NCBI GenBank assembly: GCA_002633005.1
Contig: NMRA01000043.1
Span: 462,018 to 526,017, forward strand
Reading direction: 5' to 3'
DNA from: Phoronis australis
Taxonomy: Eukaryota > Animalia > Phoronida
DNA: 64,000 nt
Shown here: piece after piece, positions 58,053 to 64,000 of the stretch
Position numbering within the stretch: position 1 is the first letter of the stretch
How the letters are laid out: every line of letters begins with the position of its first letter
Made by a program: the position numbers and the translations under genes
The notes under the pieces: generated by a model
What the model saw: only the letters and a program-made list of their open reading frames with translations
What the model was told of the DNA's origin: nothing
The model's database searches: none

Positions 58053-61002
58053 CAGAACCGTAGCAAGCGGGGGGCGGCCGGGGGAGAGGGGGGGGGGNGG
58101 GGGGGGGGGGGGGGCACGTGCCCCCCAAAAATTGTGTAGTCGTCAGGGTTGAACCGTGGCAACCGACATAGGCATGGAGCCGAGGACAGTCGAGAAAAGA
58201 AAGACTGCAAATACGGATAAGAGAGAAAATTCAAGAAAACATTTTATAACTCAGTATCAGTGCATGCTTTACCCTTTGAGGGCCCTGGCCAGGATGTTGT
58301 TAGGATGGGTCTCCATTTTTGCAGCATAGGTCGTCTAAACGCACTTGAAATGTGCACTTAATTATTCATACATGTATTTCGAAAAATCGAGAAAATATTA
58401 AATTCAATAAGACAATTTTGCGAATGCAAAAATATATTTTTCCAGGTGCCCCTCTCTGGCAAGCGATAACTGAGACAGCTGTCGCTCCACTTTTTCGTTT
58501 TTTTCTCGAAATTGTTTTTCATTTGAGAAAAATTGATTATCTGATAGACAAAGACTTTTTCGGGTTTTTTCTCGAAATTGTTTTTCACTTGAGAAAAATT
58601 GATTACCTGATAGACAATATCAATTGCTGTGCATTTCCTGATTTATGAAAATATATATCTTTTCATATTTAGGGGTCCAGACCGTGAAGGAGGCAATTGA
58701 CGAAATTCAAGTGGCCACCCTTTTCGTGTTTTCATTGATAAATTCTTAATAGGGCCCAAACTCGGAATCGGTTTCCTCTATTTTCCTATTTTCGTACAAC
58801 CTGCTTTCATGTTGAGGAAGGTCACTTCTTGCAACCGACAATGGATTGAACTGCCACTCTTTTCCAAGTTCAATGATGTTTAGCCTTTCATCTCAAGGTG
58901 TTCCATTTCAGACAGAACCTCTNNNNNNNNNNNNNNNNNNNNNNNNNNNNNNNNNNNNNNNNNNNNNNNNNNNNNNNNNNNNNNNNNNNNNNNNNNNNNN
59001 NNNNNNNNNNNATTCGACTCAAAGAACCAAAAATGCGAAAAATACAATAGGATTGACCACCATCGAAAAGGTAGAATTTTGAAGAACGCGAAGACCAATA
59101 TTTGTTAATTTCACAAAAGAATTATTTCTGATGTTACGTTTTCCCGTAGAATCACAAGAATAGTATTTCTTTTGAAGATCGTTGGGCTACAAGGAATAAT
59201 GTTTGTAAGGAATTGGCGCAATTCATGTCGAAAGATTGTCGGGGCTACGATTTGTGAGGACCATATACATGTCGAATGGGGGTACTCAAAGTACTTGCAA
59301 TTATAAACAAATATTTCAGCTTTTTGAAATTCAAGTTTCACTCGTGAACAGTTATAGGTACCTCTGAAATGAGCAAAAATGCGCCTGAATGCGAATGCCC
59401 CATATCCCATGATCCCCCAGTTACCCGTCAAAAATCTGCGAGCATGCCTGCGGAAATTGTTTATAACATTCTGTTCTGATAAACAAATTTGTTGGTTTCT
59501 GATGTACATGTTTATGTATCTGATTTACGAAAATCGACAGATTCATATAACGGTTTTGACAATTTGATGCTGATCTTGATGATGATGTTTCAGTGAATTA
59601 AGCTGCAGTCTGAAGTTGAAAAAACTCAATAATCCGATCCCCAAATACATTTAGACGATTTTTGTCTATCTAAAATAATTCTCAAAGACATTCAATTTGA
59701 TGAAATTCGGACAGTAACCAAAAAGATGCTCACGATTCAAATGACAATAAGGGTATTGCTTTATGACTTAGGTACGAGATTGTCACAAGCAGGAGATCAG
59801 AAAGGAATTAAGTCATTAAATCAAGGTATAAACGCATTGCTCATGCAATCGAGTGTTGGTTTCTGACTTACATGTTTATGTGTCTACGAAAATCGACTGA
59901 TTGATAGATGATTTTTGACAATTCGAAGCAAATCTTGTAAGAAATTACAATGCTTCACTGAACTTAGTTACAGGCTGATATTGGGAAAAATCGATCTATC
60001 ATCAAATCCCCAAATAGCAAAGTATACTAAACGAGTTTTTAAATAAGTCTCAGGGATATCGATGAATGTCGGACAGCTCTACAATGTGTTCTAAAATGTT
60101 TCCACAAATCAAATGGCAATAAATTGTTTAATGACTTAGGAACTAGATGAGTGGTTTAAATTCACAACCCGTAGATCGAAAAAGAAAATAAATAAAAATT
60201 AAATTCATTGCCCATTAACTTGGAAAGGTTGTCTTTGCAATTCCTTGGTGTTTTTATTTCCAGTAGTATTGCGCCATGCATTTTTGTTCTTCAAAACAGA
60301 AGCGTTTGCTCGCCATTCTCGTGCAAACTACACAGATCAAGCACGTCATGACTGGCGCACCCACGTTAAAAATAAGGTGCAACCATGCAGTAGTCCCGCG
60401 CAGAATCTCAGTGATCCACGGGAACTGGATTTGAACTCCAGGAGTTGAAGTGTGTACATTTTTGGGACACACTCCGTTTCATTTTCTCCAGCCACCAGAA
60501 GCTAGACTACCGGTCGTGGTTCAACAACGGAGTCTGAAACGGCCCCAGGGACTTCGCCTTTTCAAAAAATTGACCATAACAAAGTAAACTTTTCCCTTGA
60601 CCGGATGGTAATATAACGAATCTTGACCTTAGAGCCAGCGCAGCTAAGCTGCTCGTCTTAAATTATTCATAGAAGAGCTCACTAGCTTTAGTTCATGGAA
60701 TTACGTATTTTTACACTGTTTGATCTCAGCTACTTGACACATCTCCCACCTACCCGTCAGTCACATGGTGCGTCAGCCCTAGGCCCATTTTTTCTCTCCG
60801 TGAAACCTTGTTGGTTCACAGTTATACTTATATCGTGATGGCTGCATCCTCAGGATTGCACCCCACTCCTATGACGGACGAGGGGGGGGGTTCGATACAA
60901 TTAAATATAGCGGCATCCGGANAGGAAGGGGACTGGTAGTCTGACGAAGTCGAATGGGTTTGTGCCCCCCCCCCCAATAGTTTTTGCCTTCCTACGGGCC
61001 TG
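58053..61002. mobile_element. ~2.95-kb non-autonomous DNA element with CAG termini and 5-bp flanking direct repeat (spans N gaps)
   Basis: Left end CAGAACCGTAGCAAG; right end reverse-complemented CAGGCCCGTAGGAAG; both followed by G-tracts. CATTT on both flanks. Internal duplications: ~67 bp at 58495-58617 and ~365-bp period at 59490-60200. Confidence 0.55.
58923..59011. other. Assembly gap (89 N)
   Basis: Run of N. Single Ns also occur at 11695, 58098 and 60922. Confidence 1.
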
Positions 61003-64000
61003 CATTTAGAAAGCTATCAGTCAGTCAAGATTCAATGGCAGGGGGATGCTCTGTCGTTTTTTGCGGGGGTTGTGCCACTGGGAGATTAAAAAAGTTATAC
61101 AGGTTCAAGGTGTCAGGGCATTAAGCAGATAACTTTTTACAGTTGGTATAATTAAAACGGGAGGTCAGCTTTCAAAATGTAACCCATTCACAAACCCCTG
61201 TTCTCACAACAGGGATTTCAGAGTTGGTTTCGTTGAAGAGTTCATCAATAGGGCTTCAGTGCCCAGTTGAATGAAACAATCCCTAATGGGGACTCAGCTC
61301 AGTTCCCTAAATCTAATGCGCATTTGTATCTTTCTTTACTCATGCCATCATTATTATGAGCTCCTCTTTGCCTAATGGCACTTAACAAACAAAGAAGGAT
61401 CATGATAACGACTTGTTTTTCATGATCAATTTATGAAAACGCACAGCTATTTTGCACTTTGGTTATTCCATTTCTGGCTTTCTGTGACAAAGGCAAGTAA
61501 ACGCTTGCGGAAGTGAATGGTTTACCCGCCTGTGAGGTTATCTCCAAAATTGAATTTGAAAAACATGATTTCGTGCCCGAGTCATTATAGTGACACTCAA
61601 AATTCCCTATTGGTGGTGATGGTGCTTATTTCAAACGATAGTGTGAGAGATGAGTCATCTGGGTATGTGACTTTTTGTCGAATGTCTGTCTTGTCAAAAC
61701 TTTTGTGTGAAATTTGCTTTTTCCCACAAGTCGCCTAATTTCATAGAATTGAACAGTTTAAGAAAACGCTTTGGTTCCTTTGACCTTAATTCTATATTTG
61801 CTACTTAGCCATGTTTTCTCAATTCTTCAAGAGTCTTATTTGGTGAATATTCAAATAAAAAGCACTTTATTACCTGTTAATATAACAAATCAGATTCTGA
61901 AGTCAAGTGGGAAAGCCGCTTAATTGTTTCTCTAGGGCAGAAGTGGTGGGAAAACTTTATAAACCACTTTCTTGTTTTACTTCAATGGTTTCAGTTTAAA
62001 CTATCAAACAGAATCTCAAGTTGTAATTCTTTCTATGGCATTGAATCATAAGTTGTAATTCATTTTACATGAAATTGGAGTCAAGAACTCGGATACACAC
62101 ATTTGCTGAAGATCTATTTCATCTTTGTTGGTTTTATCCTGGTATTAAATTCTTTTGCCCCTTGTTCGAATTTTTTTTTGGAAAAACTTCTGTAGCGCTT
62201 AATTTCTCTTATAAATATTTTGTTTGGGAAAAATGACTCATCAGATATCATTAATCTCGTAATTTATTTAACTTAATTTCACATAATTCATATAAAAGTG
62301 TACTAATTTATAAGGAATTCTAAGTTATTTTAAAGTTGATTTTTTATGAAAACTGTAAGTTCATTGAATTTGAAGATAGATGGTCTCTTGTGGATTCACT
62401 CTTTAGCTATAAGTCCAGACATCTGATCTTAGTGTGAGTGAGTGGTTTGTATGGAGCGCCAATTGTATTTTTCTTTGTTGTTGTACATTCACAATTGCGT
62501 AATACAATTATCTCTGTATGTGTTAACTGCAATGTTAATTATGTTTGCACTCTAATAATCATAAAAGAGCTTCACCAAATAACATTACAGCACTCTATCT
62601 TTAAATAACGCACAATCTGAATTCACGCCCTAAAATGTCGCAATATCGTTTATAATTATGCGATTGTTTTGTTTTTGAAAGTTGTATCTTCGTTTTGAAT
62701 ATGACGTCGAGTAAAGCACCTAAACAGCGGGTGACTTCGTGCTCGAAAATTCTTACTGTCACCGTGCAGAGAACAGTTTCTCAGATTTCGATTTAGTCTT
62801 AACACTTAACACAGTATATCAACCATCAAAGTCTCTTTTTCAGAAACGTCCCAAGTCATGGCAAATGAAGATAAAAAATCTGAAACACGGTTTTCTCGAC
62901 CATAAACTATAAAATAAGTGTGTACTAAATTTTACGCAAATAAAAATCGATGTTCAAAACTCTTAAATCGTTGAAAATCAAACAGCCTGAATTGCATGGT
63001 TGATAAAGATTTGCGATGTGAAGTCCCGTACAAATCGCATACTTGGCGCATGAATAGCCGAAATTGTTAGTTATGAATTGCAATGAAAAATACGACATAA
63101 TTTTATTTCATACAATATGCGAATATTGAAAAACAAATGTGCAAAGGTTATCATATTTAGTTGAGTCCCTTCTTCCCGTCAGGGGGCACTTTGAAATTAA
63201 ATTTTGTTCATTTGCAATTGGTGGAAAGGTGTCTCAAAATAACGTCATTTTCGAAATCGAACATTTCGTCATAAAACTTTGTCCATTTCAGTTTTTCCCG
63301 ACTACGAGTTGACGCCGATGCCGCTAGGAGTCAAAATGACCAACATGGTCAAGGTATACCAATCGTGATACAGAGACCTGATGCGTCGAATTTTCAGCAC
63401 AATTCACACGCGACCAAAACTAGACGGGACCGCTCCCGGAGAAAGAAACTACAATCGAAGAAATGTTCGACTAAAAACAATGGCAAACCAAAGAAATCAG
63501 TCATTAAAGCCACGATACAAGAACCAAGGTAAATTATAATTAAAAATCTATCTGACAAAAGTTATCCAGCACGTTTTAAATATGTGCCTCAAATAATTAA
63601 CGCTGTCCTCTCATTTCGCCCCTTTGAACTGGTTCAAAAACGCAAAGGAACTGTAATTACTCTTAGAAAACCCATCTCATAATGTTGCTGCCCTGATAGA
63701 ACCAAAGTCACCGGCAATGTATACGCCACCCGAAATGCCTCACCTTTTTAATCCGGGTTTGTAGCCCTTCTGATTAATTGGGTAGACGAAAATTGATTAC
63801 CATTTGCTGATTGAGAGACAAAAAAATCAAGGAAAATATGCTTCGATCGTGAAATGAAACAGAACCGTGTTTTCATATAGTTATTAAAATCACGGCCGTA
63901 TGAAGTGTTTTGTGAGGAAATTACGCTTTACCTACATCTCCACGTGTTCGGGCAGATTCTGTGCAAAGTTAAGACTGGTCAGGCTATAGTAACTGCTCAA

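Noticed and set aside
61100-64000. Possible coding or TE content at the right end of the window
   Set aside because: Looks like decayed repeat-derived DNA, but no protein motif, TIR pair or exon chain could be supported.

Overview
This is AT-rich, repeat-rich eukaryotic DNA, most likely from a marine invertebrate bilaterian (inferred from spliceosomal introns, gene content and TE types). Three genes are recognisable. (1) The first two coding exons of a probable TMEM131 orthologue on the minus strand (~10.0-9.66 kb), with the rest not found. (2) A complete 7-coding-exon ELMOD2-like Arf/Arl GAP on the plus strand (19177-32298, 307 aa). (3) A 908-aa single-coding-exon Toll-like receptor on the minus strand (45877-48603). 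A possible spliced orphan gene encoding a very Arg/Lys-rich protein lies at ~35.0-38.5 kb. The rest is decayed mobile DNA: BEL/Pao and Ty3/Gypsy LTR elements, Tc1, a pogo-like element with HIRAN-like cargo, L1/Tx1 and other LINEs, hAT-type MITEs, SINE fragments and many minisatellites. Most notable: a Helentron-type non-autonomous element whose higher-order satellite carries about 10 co-oriented CTCF-like motifs; a triplicated TLR C-terminal tail with mostly synonymous differences between copies; an Ala in place of the conserved BB-loop Pro of the TLR; and a perfect ETS-site palindrome upstream of the TLR. Assembly Ns occur at 11695, 58098, 58923-59011 and 60922. All homology calls are from recall of the families, not from database searches.
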